Below are positions 21,138 through 29,664 of a DNA stretch of 64,000 nt, piece after piece. The notes under the pieces are model-generated. The model was not told the DNA's origin and searched no databases. It was given only the letters and a program-made list of their open reading frames with translations. Made by a program: the position numbers and the translations under genes. Source of the DNA: a virus. Numbering within the stretch: position 1 is the stretch's first letter; each line of letters starts with the position of its first letter. Where the stretch lies: IMG/VR virus record IMGVR_UViG_3300028569_002801, positions 50,716-114,715 of that record. One strand, given 5' to 3'.

Positions 21138-21602
21138 TTAAATGTTTATAATTACAAATTCTTTACTTCCAAAAGCCTTATTTTCGTCAGTATAGTCAAT
21201 TTTTAGTTTTGCGGTGTATTCTGCAGTGTTTGCTCCGGGTATTTTATATATACTAGCCTGTCCCAAAAGTTCGTAATCCAATTGTCCAACAACCTCATCA
21301 GTTTCAGTGTAGGGTTCAATCGTTATACTATTAATTAAAAGATTAGGTATGTATTTTGCAACTTGTTCTTCAATGTCTGATTTAATGTTTTCAAATGTTT
21401 CACCATCTAATGGTTCAAATATGAATTCATAAATTCTAGTACCAAAATCAGGTAAATAATACCTACTACCTTTTCTTGTCAAAATTAAATGTAAAAGATT
21501 TGTTCTTATCTCTTCATCTGAAAATTGAGTTAATAGTAAATAATCCCCGACATTACTTTGTCTAAAAGGAAAACTTATTCCATATGTTCTACCATCTGCC
21601 AT
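21138..21602 (-). CDS. baseplate wedge gp25-like (GPW/gp25) protein
   Basis: IRTNLLHLILTRKGSRYYLPDFGTRIYEFIFEP. Start moved to MADGRTYG (21602), just after a TATTTAT motif; the longer track start lies inside a terminator. Confidence 0.9.
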   Translation of the reverse strand: MADGRTYGISFPFRQSNVGDYLLLTQFSDEEIRTNLLHLILTRKGSRYYLPDFGTRIYEFIFEPLDGETFENIKSDIEEQVAKYIPNLLINSITIEPYTETDEVVGQLDYELLGQASIYKIPGANTAEYTAKLKIDYTDENKAFGSKEFVIINI

Positions 21603-21650
21603 ATCTAATAAATATAGTGTTGCTAATTTTCTAATAAATAGATATAAAAT

Positions 21651-21678
21651 AAAAAATCCCAACTTACCGTTGGGATTT
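21651..21678 (-). terminator. intrinsic terminator ending the replication/RNR block
   Basis: Stem aaatcccaac/gttgggattt, loop ttacc, followed on - strand by a U-tract. Confidence 0.8.
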
Positions 21679-21688
21679 ATGTAATTAA

Positions 21689-21904
21689 TTATTGTAATTT
21701 AGTATTACCTTTTTCATAACTGGGTTCAAATGGGCAATGTAAACATTTATTACCACAACACTTGCCTCGTTTTTTGTGATACTCTTCAGTCATTACCATT
21801 CTACCGTTTTTATCGTAATAAAAGTCTGTAGGAAGGAGTTTAGGGTTAATAAACTCCTTCACATATAACTCTTGTATCCAATCTTTAGATGCCCCTACAT
21901 TCAT
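21689..21904 (-). CDS. small Cys-rich protein (DUF5522-like)
   Basis: MTEEYHKKRGKCCGNKCLHCPF pattern. Confidence 0.75.
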   Translation of the reverse strand: MNVGASKDWIQELYVKEFINPKLLPTDFYYDKNGRMVMTEEYHKKRGKCCGNKCLHCPFEPSYEKGNTKLQ

Positions 21905-21914
21905 TTTATTTTAT

Positions 21915-23774
21915 TTATACAATTTCACATGCTCCACCCGCACAAGCCACTTCTCCTCGTAGGTCAGTGTTATCTTGTAACTCAATTACTTTAGTAAGAT
22001 CAATATTAGTTAATGTTTTTACTAAGTTTTCATATTCTTCCTTTGTACAATCGGAAAACGGAGCCTGGGTATAAGAACCACCATTGTAAGGTAAAACTGA
22101 CAAACCGTTGTAGAAATCTCTATTATTCCACATCCATTCACCTACTAAGTCCCACTCATCTTCTTTAATTGAAACCGTTGCAGATACGTTGTGAGAGTTT
22201 TGTCCGTTTCTATGTCCAGGTTTAATCCATTCTTGAGATACTTTTTTAACTCTTTCCAACATTTGGAATACAGACTCGTGTCTTATAATAGCCCCTTCGG
22301 GTGCCTTTTGTGGTATACCAATAACTGCAGTATCGTGAGGACGGAAAAACTCATCTTCAATCAACTCAGGGTGGTTAACCGCCAAGTAAGAATATATCGA
22401 TTCATTTTTACCTACACGGATTCTTCTTAAATAGAAGTCATTATGCCAAGCGTGGATTCCTGATGAAGTACCCAATACCAATGATGAGGTACCTGATGGT
22501 TTAACAGTTGTTGTTCTTGCTGATTTATTAATTCCAATAAGTGTTGCAACTCTTTCGTTTTCTTCTTTAACTGCCTTAGCCGCTTTTTTCATATCATATC
22601 CTAAAACAACTCCTGATCCAATACCTGTCATTCCAACACCAATAAGTGCGTCTTTTTCTGTTGTTCTTTTCCAAATATCTCTTAGATAATGGAAGTCAGT
22701 GTATCCTGCTTGTAGTGTTCCAATGAACGCAGCCGCTCTAACTCTTTTTTCAAAGTCCTCTTGTGACTCGATGTCAGATGCATTTACTTCACATAGGTTA
22801 CAGAATTGGAACGGACGAAGTGCTATTTCACAACAAGGGTTTGTTCCCCAATCTTTATCGTTAGATAGGTAGATTCCAGGTTCTCCTGCCCCTGATAACT
22901 CAATGCGTTTCCAAAGATCCATAAAGAATTCTTTTGTGATTTTGTGACGAAGAAGTACTGCCGAGTTATTAGCTCTACCTCTTTGTGCGTTTTGTTCCCA
23001 CCAACTTCCTGATTTACAAGAAATCATTTCTTCATCATCGGCTGAGAATAAAGAGATAAGTGCTGCCCTTCTAATACCACCTGCAAGTACCGCATCTGCA
23101 ATATGACATACGATATCGTGAGTTTCAATTGGTGTTAATTTTTCACCATCTTTTTTGTTATCCAACACTTTTGTAATGTGGTGAATACAATCTTTTAATG
23201 GTTGAGGACCTGGAGCCTTTCCTCCTGATGTTACAAGCATTGCCCCTTTGTGTCTGATATCTGAAAAATCAAATATTGGTGTTGATGATTTATAACCTAA
23301 GTATGATTCCATCAATACTTTAATTGCGTCTGCCCATCCTTCAATAGAATCACCAATTAGGTATCTTCTTGTTCTATCGGGGTTTGGTTTTTTAACGTCT
23401 GGTAATTTTTCAACGTGGTGTTTTTGAACTGAGTACCCAACACCTGTTCCACCTAAAAGTAAAAACATTGTTTCAGAAAACGAATCAACGTGGTCGATTG
23501 GTATATATGCACAATTATAAACTCTGTTAGGTGATATCTCAATTGGTTTTCCACCGAATTGTAATGATCTCATTGATGGTAATACTTTCTTGTCGTATAC
23601 CATTTTATATACCTCTTCTATCTCATCTTTGATATAAGGGTACTTACGTTGGTGCATCTCTTTGTTACGAGTCACCAACTCTTCCCAAGTCTCTCTCCGG
23701 TTCTTTTCGGGTTGAAACTTAGCGTATTTCATAAAGACAGTAATGTCACTTAATATTTTTTGCGAAATATCCAT
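21915..23774 (-). CDS. nrdJ: class II (adenosylcobalamin-dependent) monomeric ribonucleotide reductase
   Basis: VLPSMRSL, YNCAY, GTNPCCEI (thiyl radical Cys), TTVKPSGT, C-terminal ACAGGACEI redox pair. No NrdB in the window. Confidence 0.9.
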   Translation of the reverse strand: MDISQKILSDITVFMKYAKFQPEKNRRETWEELVTRNKEMHQRKYPYIKDEIEEVYKMVYDKKVLPSMRSLQFGGKPIEISPNRVYNCAYIPIDHVDSFSETMFLLLGGTGVGYSVQKHHVEKLPDVKKPNPDRTRRYLIGDSIEGWADAIKVLMESYLGYKSSTPIFDFSDIRHKGAMLVTSGGKAPGPQPLKDCIHHITKVLDNKKDGEKLTPIETHDIVCHIADAVLAGGIRRAALISLFSADDEEMISCKSGSWWEQNAQRGRANNSAVLLRHKITKEFFMDLWKRIELSGAGEPGIYLSNDKDWGTNPCCEIALRPFQFCNLCEVNASDIESQEDFEKRVRAAAFIGTLQAGYTDFHYLRDIWKRTTEKDALIGVGMTGIGSGVVLGYDMKKAAKAVKEENERVATLIGINKSARTTTVKPSGTSSLVLGTSSGIHAWHNDFYLRRIRVGKNESIYSYLAVNHPELIEDEFFRPHDTAVIGIPQKAPEGAIIRHESVFQMLERVKKVSQEWIKPGHRNGQNSHNVSATVSIKEDEWDLVGEWMWNNRDFYNGLSVLPYNGGSYTQAPFSDCTKEEYENLVKTLTNIDLTKVIELQDNTDLRGEVACAGGACEIV

Positions 23775-23799
23775 TTTTAATTTATTTTAATAATTTATT

Positions 23800-25179
23800 T
23801 TAAGATTCTTGTTCTTTTTGTTTTTTTCTTTCCAATAACTCCTTAATACGGCTACGGTTTCTTTCTTCTTTTTGTTCCTCGTGACCAAGGAATGTTACAC
23901 TTTGTTCTGTGTCAATCTCTAACATACCGTTATCAAATTTACAGTTTTCAAATATAACTCCATCTTTACCAATTCTAGATTTAGTAATTGCGATGGTTGC
24001 TAAATTCATCTCTTTTTGTTGTAGACTCTTAGCCACCGTAATGATTACGTGACCAACTTGTGCCTTTTTAATTGATCCACCCATTTGGTCTGTTGTTACC
24101 ACTTCTGCTGATATTGAGCTTCTATTTCCTTGTGTTGCTGTCCATCCTGCAATATCCAACTCGTGACACATAGCCTCAAACCCTCTCATAACTGAACCTT
24201 CACTTTTCCATTCGTCACCCAAATTTTTGTCTGGTACTACACAATCAATATAATCTAAAATTATCATATCAATTTTTGTCCCTTCAGCAATCATTTTTCT
24301 AACTTGGTTTTTAATCTGATTCATAGTTACAGTATCGGAAGACAACTTTTTCATAATCAACTTATTTTTTCTTGATTCTTGAATCTGTTTAACTTTTTCC
24401 ATTACCTCAACTCTATTTTCAGTTAAATCGTCAGGGTGAATTCCAGTCCAAAGTGTTATGTGTTTTCTTTGAATGATTTTAGGGTTGTCTTCAAAAAATA
24501 TCTGAAGAACGTTATACCCTAAGTTAAATGCGTGGTTTGCAATTTTGGTTGTGAATGTTGATTTACCAACTCCGGTAGGGGCTAAAATAACGCCAATTTC
24601 TCCTTTGGCTAATCCTCCTTTTAATAAATTATCTATACCGGGGACACCAATAGGTATTGGATGTCTGTAATCCTCATTTAATACCTCATCAAGGTTAAAA
24701 AACACATCCGCAGTTCCTTTATCTACTTCACCAACTTGAAGTGCTCCTCTAACCATTTCTTCTAACTTATCGTAACTCTCAAAATCACCTTTATCAATGA
24801 TTGACTGAGTTTTAACCATAACTTTTTGAAGTTCCTGTTGTTTACAGAATTTTAAGGCTTTTTCTTGAACAAATATAGAACCCTCATCAGCTACATTCTT
24901 AACCTGTTCTAACGTATCTAAAATGTTCTTTTGAGCCATAGGTGAGCTGATTTCTGATTTTGTTAATTGTTCAAGGGTATTAAATGTCGGAGTGTGCTCA
25001 TATTTTGTATAATATTCTCTAATCATTTGACAAATAATTCTAAAATATTGGTTATCAAAATAGTGAGGATCAATAACTTCAATTATGGAATTAGCAAAAT
25101 CTTTGTATGTTACTATATTATTTAAAAGTTGTATTTGAAAGGTATTTCCTAAGTATCCGAAGTTCTTTTTGTCTGACAT
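23800..25179 (-). CDS. dnaB: DnaB-like replicative helicase (T4 gp41-like)
   Basis: APTGVGKST Walker A, IILDYID, WTATQGNR, KSRIG. Confidence 0.88.
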   Translation of the reverse strand: MSDKKNFGYLGNTFQIQLLNNIVTYKDFANSIIEVIDPHYFDNQYFRIICQMIREYYTKYEHTPTFNTLEQLTKSEISSPMAQKNILDTLEQVKNVADEGSIFVQEKALKFCKQQELQKVMVKTQSIIDKGDFESYDKLEEMVRGALQVGEVDKGTADVFFNLDEVLNEDYRHPIPIGVPGIDNLLKGGLAKGEIGVILAPTGVGKSTFTTKIANHAFNLGYNVLQIFFEDNPKIIQRKHITLWTGIHPDDLTENRVEVMEKVKQIQESRKNKLIMKKLSSDTVTMNQIKNQVRKMIAEGTKIDMIILDYIDCVVPDKNLGDEWKSEGSVMRGFEAMCHELDIAGWTATQGNRSSISAEVVTTDQMGGSIKKAQVGHVIITVAKSLQQKEMNLATIAITKSRIGKDGVIFENCKFDNGMLEIDTEQSVTFLGHEEQKEERNRSRIKELLERKKQKEQES

Positions 25180-25217
25180 ATTTTATAGATTTTTGTTCTG
25201 TGTTTTAATAAATACTA

Positions 25218-25670
25218 TTAATCTAATGAATAGTTCATCATCTCAAATGATAAATTTTTCTCTGAAAAAATGTCAGTTAGTTCTCTTAAAATGTTTTTTA
25301 TGGATGGGCGTATGTCCAGAGTGTATCTTACCTTTGGTGGGTATACTTTCGCATCAAAGATTCTATGACAAATTGTCTCATTTCCAAGTTTTAAAATAAT
25401 GTTAAATGTTTCAGGACCATCAGTGTTTGACGTTTCAAGGATTGACGCATCCTCTTCAATTTGAAATCTATTTTCTAACATGTATACTACTGTCTTATTT
25501 CTTAACTTCGTTTGTAACTCCATATCCAAATCCTTAATGTATTCAGTTAACTCCGCACTATTTTTAGCTTTAGGGTTAAATCCTTTTACGTTAAAGAATC
25601 TTTGGACTACAAAATTATTGTTAAGTGTCATTAAGAATTCAACTTTAGTAATGTCATTTTGTTCTTTCAT
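25218..25670 (-). CDS. hypothetical protein in replication block
   Basis: 150-aa ORF tightly packed between the exonuclease and helicase genes. Confidence 0.7.
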   Translation of the reverse strand: MKEQNDITKVEFLMTLNNNFVVQRFFNVKGFNPKAKNSAELTEYIKDLDMELQTKLRNKTVVYMLENRFQIEEDASILETSNTDGPETFNIILKLGNETICHRIFDAKVYPPKVRYTLDIRPSIKNILRELTDIFSEKNLSFEMMNYSLD

Positions 25671-25674
25671 AATT

Positions 25675-26682
25675 TTACTTTTTTGTTTTAAATTTTGTTT
25701 TTTCTTTTCTTGTTAGTTTTAAGAATGGTTTTAAAAAATAAACCCATGCTTCATCGTTTTTTGGAAGGTATTTAAAGATGCCGTCCTCCATCATCATTCT
25801 AATTAGATTCTTATACCCTCTTCCGTCAGGATCCAATGACTCAGAGTAATATGATTCAACTAATTCTTTTCCTTCGTCAGATATTAATGGGTTTGATAAA
25901 TCAACAATCTTTTTGTTTATTTCAAAAAACTCATCTCCAAAAATACCTTCTTTAGTTTTCCCCGTTAAAAGATTCTTTAAAACGGTATTGTCTTTTTGTT
26001 CTTTTAGAAGTTCTTCACTCTTTGTTAAAATATCGGTAAAAGAAACTTCTTTTTCAAGTATCTCAGGAAATAATTTAACGAAAGTTTTCTCACCAAAATA
26101 ATAGATACCATCAATGTTATCTGACTTATCGCCAGAAAGTATCTTAAATGTTTTTACATTATAGTGAGGTATCTCAATATCGTGTAATTTGATATTATCT
26201 CCCTTCTTATAATACTTCTTGGTATTAGGTGAATAGATTGTCACATCATCAGAGATAAGTTGTGTAAGGTCTCTATCTCCACTAAAAATGGTTTTATCTT
26301 CTCCTTTAGATATTTGACAATAGTAGGCGATTAAATCGTCTGCTTCTGAGTTTGGAAACTCAAGTTGTCTTACAAACATTTCCTCAAGGTATTCCTTAAC
26401 TCTATGTTTTTGTTTGTTAAATGATTCCTCCTTCATTTCATTTTCAGGAGCCTTTCGGTTAAGTTTGTATTTTGGGTAGATTAACCTTCTTTGTGAAGAA
26501 CTTGTTTCTCCATCCCAAAATACAATTACCTTACTGAAGTTTTCTTCGTCTATAAACCTACGTAATGTATTTATAAAGTGCCAAAGACCCCCAATGTGTT
26601 CTCCCTTGTTAAAGTAATCTTTAACTCCGTGAAATCCAATTTTTAATAGGTTGTTTCCGTCAACCAATAACGTCTTTGTCAT
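25675..26682 (-). CDS. 5'-3' exonuclease / T4 RNase H-like (FEN family)
   Basis: LLVDGNNL, YKLNR, EADDLIA, SGDRDLTQL, GDKSDNIDG. Confidence 0.9.
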   Translation of the reverse strand: MTKTLLVDGNNLLKIGFHGVKDYFNKGEHIGGLWHFINTLRRFIDEENFSKVIVFWDGETSSSQRRLIYPKYKLNRKAPENEMKEESFNKQKHRVKEYLEEMFVRQLEFPNSEADDLIAYYCQISKGEDKTIFSGDRDLTQLISDDVTIYSPNTKKYYKKGDNIKLHDIEIPHYNVKTFKILSGDKSDNIDGIYYFGEKTFVKLFPEILEKEVSFTDILTKSEELLKEQKDNTVLKNLLTGKTKEGIFGDEFFEINKKIVDLSNPLISDEGKELVESYYSESLDPDGRGYKNLIRMMMEDGIFKYLPKNDEAWVYFLKPFLKLTRKEKTKFKTKK

Positions 26683-26706
26683 TTCTGTATTATTACAGGG
26701 TTCTTA

Positions 26707-27711
26707 CTATGATTCTTCTTTTTCTGTTTTCAAATCAAAATCACCATCAACTCCGATAATTTCTTTCCAATACTCAGCGTATTCTTTTTTGTATTGTTCA
26801 ATTGACGCCTTCTCTTCCGTTGCCTCTTTTCCAGGTAAAAATCCATGTGGTGTTATAATTATTTTCCCATCTTCAAACCCAAGTCCGTTGATGTGGTTTT
26901 TCATAACAGATACCTTTGTTCTCGATGCAAATTTAATTGTTCGTTTGTCTTTGGTTGCTGTGATTTTAGTTGTTCCAGCTCCTTTTTGATTTCCAAATAA
27001 GAATACCAATGATGAGTTTAACCAAATTGCTTCACCACCTTTTGCTTTAATTTTTGGTTGTCCAAAAGGATTGTCAGGTAATTCAACCCAAGGCTGATTA
27101 ACAATGATTAGGGTGTTTTCGTATTTAGAATCTGATTTACGTGATCCTGAGATACGTTGGTTAATCCCCATACCGATTTTATCTGCTAAAGTAGATGCGT
27201 TATGTTGTTTACCACCCTTACCTTCAAAAGTCATTTTACAAGGAACAGAACCAACTGAATCCCACATAAAACATAAACTATAATCTAATTCACCCTTTTC
27301 TTGTGCATCTAATAAAGAATTAATATAATCGGTAATTTGTTCTATATAACTAAAGTTATTATTGAATATGTAAAATCCGTCCCAATCTAATTCTCCTGTC
27401 TCTTCATCAACAACTTCTTCACATTCAAAACCCATAAGTTTTGCATGTTCAAAACTCCATTTTTGTTCTGTAATAATAAACACAGGAAGAATACCTTTCC
27501 TTTGTGCGTCTACTGCGGTTTTAACTAAGGCAGTTGTCTTACCAGTATCAGAATGTCCCAAGAACATATTAATATGCCCCATCGCCGGACCTGGTAATCC
27601 AACTGCGTCTAAAAATGGTTCTCCAAGATCAAAAAATCTTTGTGGTTTATATTTTGCAGACGTAGAAAATTTCTTTTTTAATGAACCGAAGTCGGTTTTT
27701 TTAATTGCCAT
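26707..27711 (-). CDS. uvsX: RecA/UvsX-like recombinase
   Basis: GHSDTGKTT P-loop, WDSVGS, IIVNQ, KAKGGEAI, KNHI. Confidence 0.85.
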   Translation of the reverse strand: MAIKKTDFGSLKKKFSTSAKYKPQRFFDLGEPFLDAVGLPGPAMGHINMFLGHSDTGKTTALVKTAVDAQRKGILPVFIITEQKWSFEHAKLMGFECEEVVDEETGELDWDGFYIFNNNFSYIEQITDYINSLLDAQEKGELDYSLCFMWDSVGSVPCKMTFEGKGGKQHNASTLADKIGMGINQRISGSRKSDSKYENTLIIVNQPWVELPDNPFGQPKIKAKGGEAIWLNSSLVFLFGNQKGAGTTKITATKDKRTIKFASRTKVSVMKNHINGLGFEDGKIIITPHGFLPGKEATEEKASIEQYKKEYAEYWKEIIGVDGDFDLKTEKEES

Positions 27712-27736
27712 ATATTTGTTTGTTTTTTTAAAAGTT

Positions 27737-27769
27737 AAAAAAAGGTAGTGACTTTGTAAATCACTACCT
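27737..27769 (-). terminator. intrinsic terminator downstream of SSB
   Basis: Stem aggtagtga/tcactacct with an adjacent A-run (U-tract on - strand). Confidence 0.75.
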
Positions 27770-27786
27770 AACTTTATAGGTTTGTA

Positions 27787-28641
27787 TTAGAATGGTAGAT
27801 CCTCATCTGCAACATCGTTTACTTGTGGATCAACGATTGGTGTTTCTACTTTTGTTTCAGCTCCACCACCAAGAGAAATCTCAGATTCATCACCGTAAAC
27901 ATATTTTTTAAGTTCAGAACTCCACATTGGTGTTTCTCCAACTGCAACTGCCTCTAAATATTCTACAGGTTTTTTAGCGTAAACGTCTTTCCAAGTAAGT
28001 TCGTCTGTCATCCAACCTTCCATAATTTCACCGTCAGTGTGGATAGGTGCTGGATCATCATACATAATCGTTTGAACTACTGTATACTCTTTTCCTTGTG
28101 GTGTTTTTGCTTTGATTAGTTCAATAATCAAATCACGTCCTTTTTCAGAATCAGTTAAGTCACCTTTCGCTTTCCAAATAGGTAGGATTTTATCCAAGAC
28201 ACCTTCTTGTTTGTAATTGTGTTTGAATCTCCAAAACTTAACTCCGTCTTGTTCGTTATCACGATCAACTACTTTTACAATGTAAAATAAACGTGAACGG
28301 TACTGACCCGCCAAGTCTTTATCTTCTTTTTTCCCTGTAGCCATAAGTTCATTATAAACTTCTGTTAGTGGGGAACGCTCGTTGTCATTTTTTTCAGGAT
28401 CGTACAACTTTACCCATTGTCCATTAATTTGCATTTCGTGGTACCAAACTTCTACAAATGGTGATGAACCATCTTTTGTTGGTAGGATACGAACTCTACG
28501 TTGTCCGGATTTTTCATTCTTTTGAAGGATTGCTGAAAAGTATCTTTTCAATCTGTCTTCTTGTGAAATGTTTTGTTTTTGTGAACTCGGTGTTGAGTTC
28601 TTTTCGTACTGTGCTAGTACTGCATCAATTGAATTTGCCAT
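27787..28641 (-). CDS. single-stranded DNA-binding protein (T4 gp32-like)
   Basis: RVRILP...PFVEVWYH, acidic tail ending DEDLPF, adjacent to the recombinase. Confidence 0.8.
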   Translation of the reverse strand: MANSIDAVLAQYEKNSTPSSQKQNISQEDRLKRYFSAILQKNEKSGQRRVRILPTKDGSSPFVEVWYHEMQINGQWVKLYDPEKNDNERSPLTEVYNELMATGKKEDKDLAGQYRSRLFYIVKVVDRDNEQDGVKFWRFKHNYKQEGVLDKILPIWKAKGDLTDSEKGRDLIIELIKAKTPQGKEYTVVQTIMYDDPAPIHTDGEIMEGWMTDELTWKDVYAKKPVEYLEAVAVGETPMWSSELKKYVYGDESEISLGGGAETKVETPIVDPQVNDVADEDLPF

Positions 28642-28680
28642 AGATTTTTGTTTTTAATTTATACTCTTTTATCTATAACA

Positions 28681-28708
28681 ATTATAAGTGATTTTTCTAA
28701 AATGTCAA
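28681..28708 (-). promoter_or_regulatory. host-type early/middle promoter for the SSB-RecA-exo block
   Basis: - strand TTGACA-N16-TATAAT. Also readable as Bacteroidota TTTG-N19-TATAATTG. Confidence 0.7.
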
Positions 28709-28710
28709 AT

Positions 28711-28739
28711 AAAAAAGGGCTCAAATACTTGAACCCTTT
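28711..28739 (-). terminator. intrinsic terminator after 28772..29401
   Basis: Stem aagggctcaa/ttgaaccctt (one G-U pair on - strand) with a U-tract on - strand. Confidence 0.7.
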
Positions 28740-28771
28740 CCACTTCCTAAATCTTTATTTTGGAATTATTT

Positions 28772-29401
28772 TTATTCTTCTTCTTGGTAATTATTAAACG
28801 TTTTTTTAATCTCGTTTGGTGATATATTTTCAACGTCGTCAGATGTTAATATATATTCATTTTTACCTGTCTCTTCCATCTCATCTTTTTTATCATCAAA
28901 GAAATCTGTTAATTTTTGGTTATAAGGATAAGAATCTAAAGATCTTAACATTAACTTTTCTTCAGGGGTTTTTTGTCTGTACTTGTCAAATTTAGTTTCT
29001 AATGAATTTATTTTATCCATAATATCATCCATATGGGATAGTTTTGACTCTAAATCATCTAACTTACTAAAAATACCATCCATAAATTCGTCTTGTTTGG
29101 TTTTAATATCTTGTTGTGCCGTAACCAAATCTGTAATATCAATTTCTTCTGAGGTATCACCATCACCTTTATCGTCACCAACTTCTTCAACATCAGGATC
29201 GTTTTCAACGTCTATTGGTTCAGGAATTGCCCCATCTGCCGGTGGAGCAGGAGCTGCAGGTGGTGCAGGTGCCGCTGGGTCAGCAGGTGGTGCAGGTGCC
29301 GCTGGATCTACTGGCGGTGGTGGAGCATCTTGTTCATTTAAATATGAATTAATATTATTAAATCTTCTTAGTTCCTCCAATATTTTATTATCTATTCCCA
29401 T
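28772..29401 (-). CDS. acidic coiled-coil protein with a Pro/Ala-rich linker (possible scaffold/internal head protein)
   Basis: N-terminal KILEELRRF...YLNEQ, PAAPAPPA repeats, C-terminal heptads. Confidence 0.6.
   Translation of the reverse strand: MGIDNKILEELRRFNNINSYLNEQDAPPPPVDPAAPAPPADPAAPAPPAAPAPPADGAIPEPIDVENDPDVEEVGDDKGDGDTSEEIDITDLVTAQQDIKTKQDEFMDGIFSKLDDLESKLSHMDDIMDKINSLETKFDKYRQKTPEEKLMLRSLDSYPYNQKLTDFFDDKKDEMEETGKNEYILTSDDVENISPNEIKKTFNNYQEEE
29256..29305. repeat. 27-nt-period direct repeat encoding (D)PAAPAPPA
   Basis: gcaggtggtgcaggtgccgctgg at 29256 and 29283. Confidence 0.85.
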
Positions 29402-29411
29402 TTTTTAATTT

Positions 29412-29636
29412 TTATCCGTTTAATAATGTTTTAACTCCTGTAGGTGTTTCAACTTTTAATGTTCTATTTGTTCTCATAGTGTTATCTACTCTTTCTATTA
29501 AACCATCTTTCATTCTAATAGTATAACAATCACCAGTATCTAAATCACAAACTTCTTTATAACCGTTCTCAACTTGTTTTTCGGTTACTCTCGTATCTTT
29601 TCTAAGATAATCGTCTAATAAATTTTTAACATTCAT
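29412..29636 (-). CDS. hypothetical protein
   Basis: 74 aa, TATTTATA upstream at 29653-29660. Confidence 0.65.
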   Translation of the reverse strand: MNVKNLLDDYLRKDTRVTEKQVENGYKEVCDLDTGDCYTIRMKDGLIERVDNTMRTNRTLKVETPTGVKTLLNG

Positions 29637-29664
29637 AATCTTATTTTTTATATATAAATATATT

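Noticed and set aside
21603-21662. Track N-terminal extensions (also 36625-36675, 53142-53183, 60460-60501)
   Set aside because: They overlap terminators, promoter motifs or neighbouring genes; the downstream ATGs fit better.
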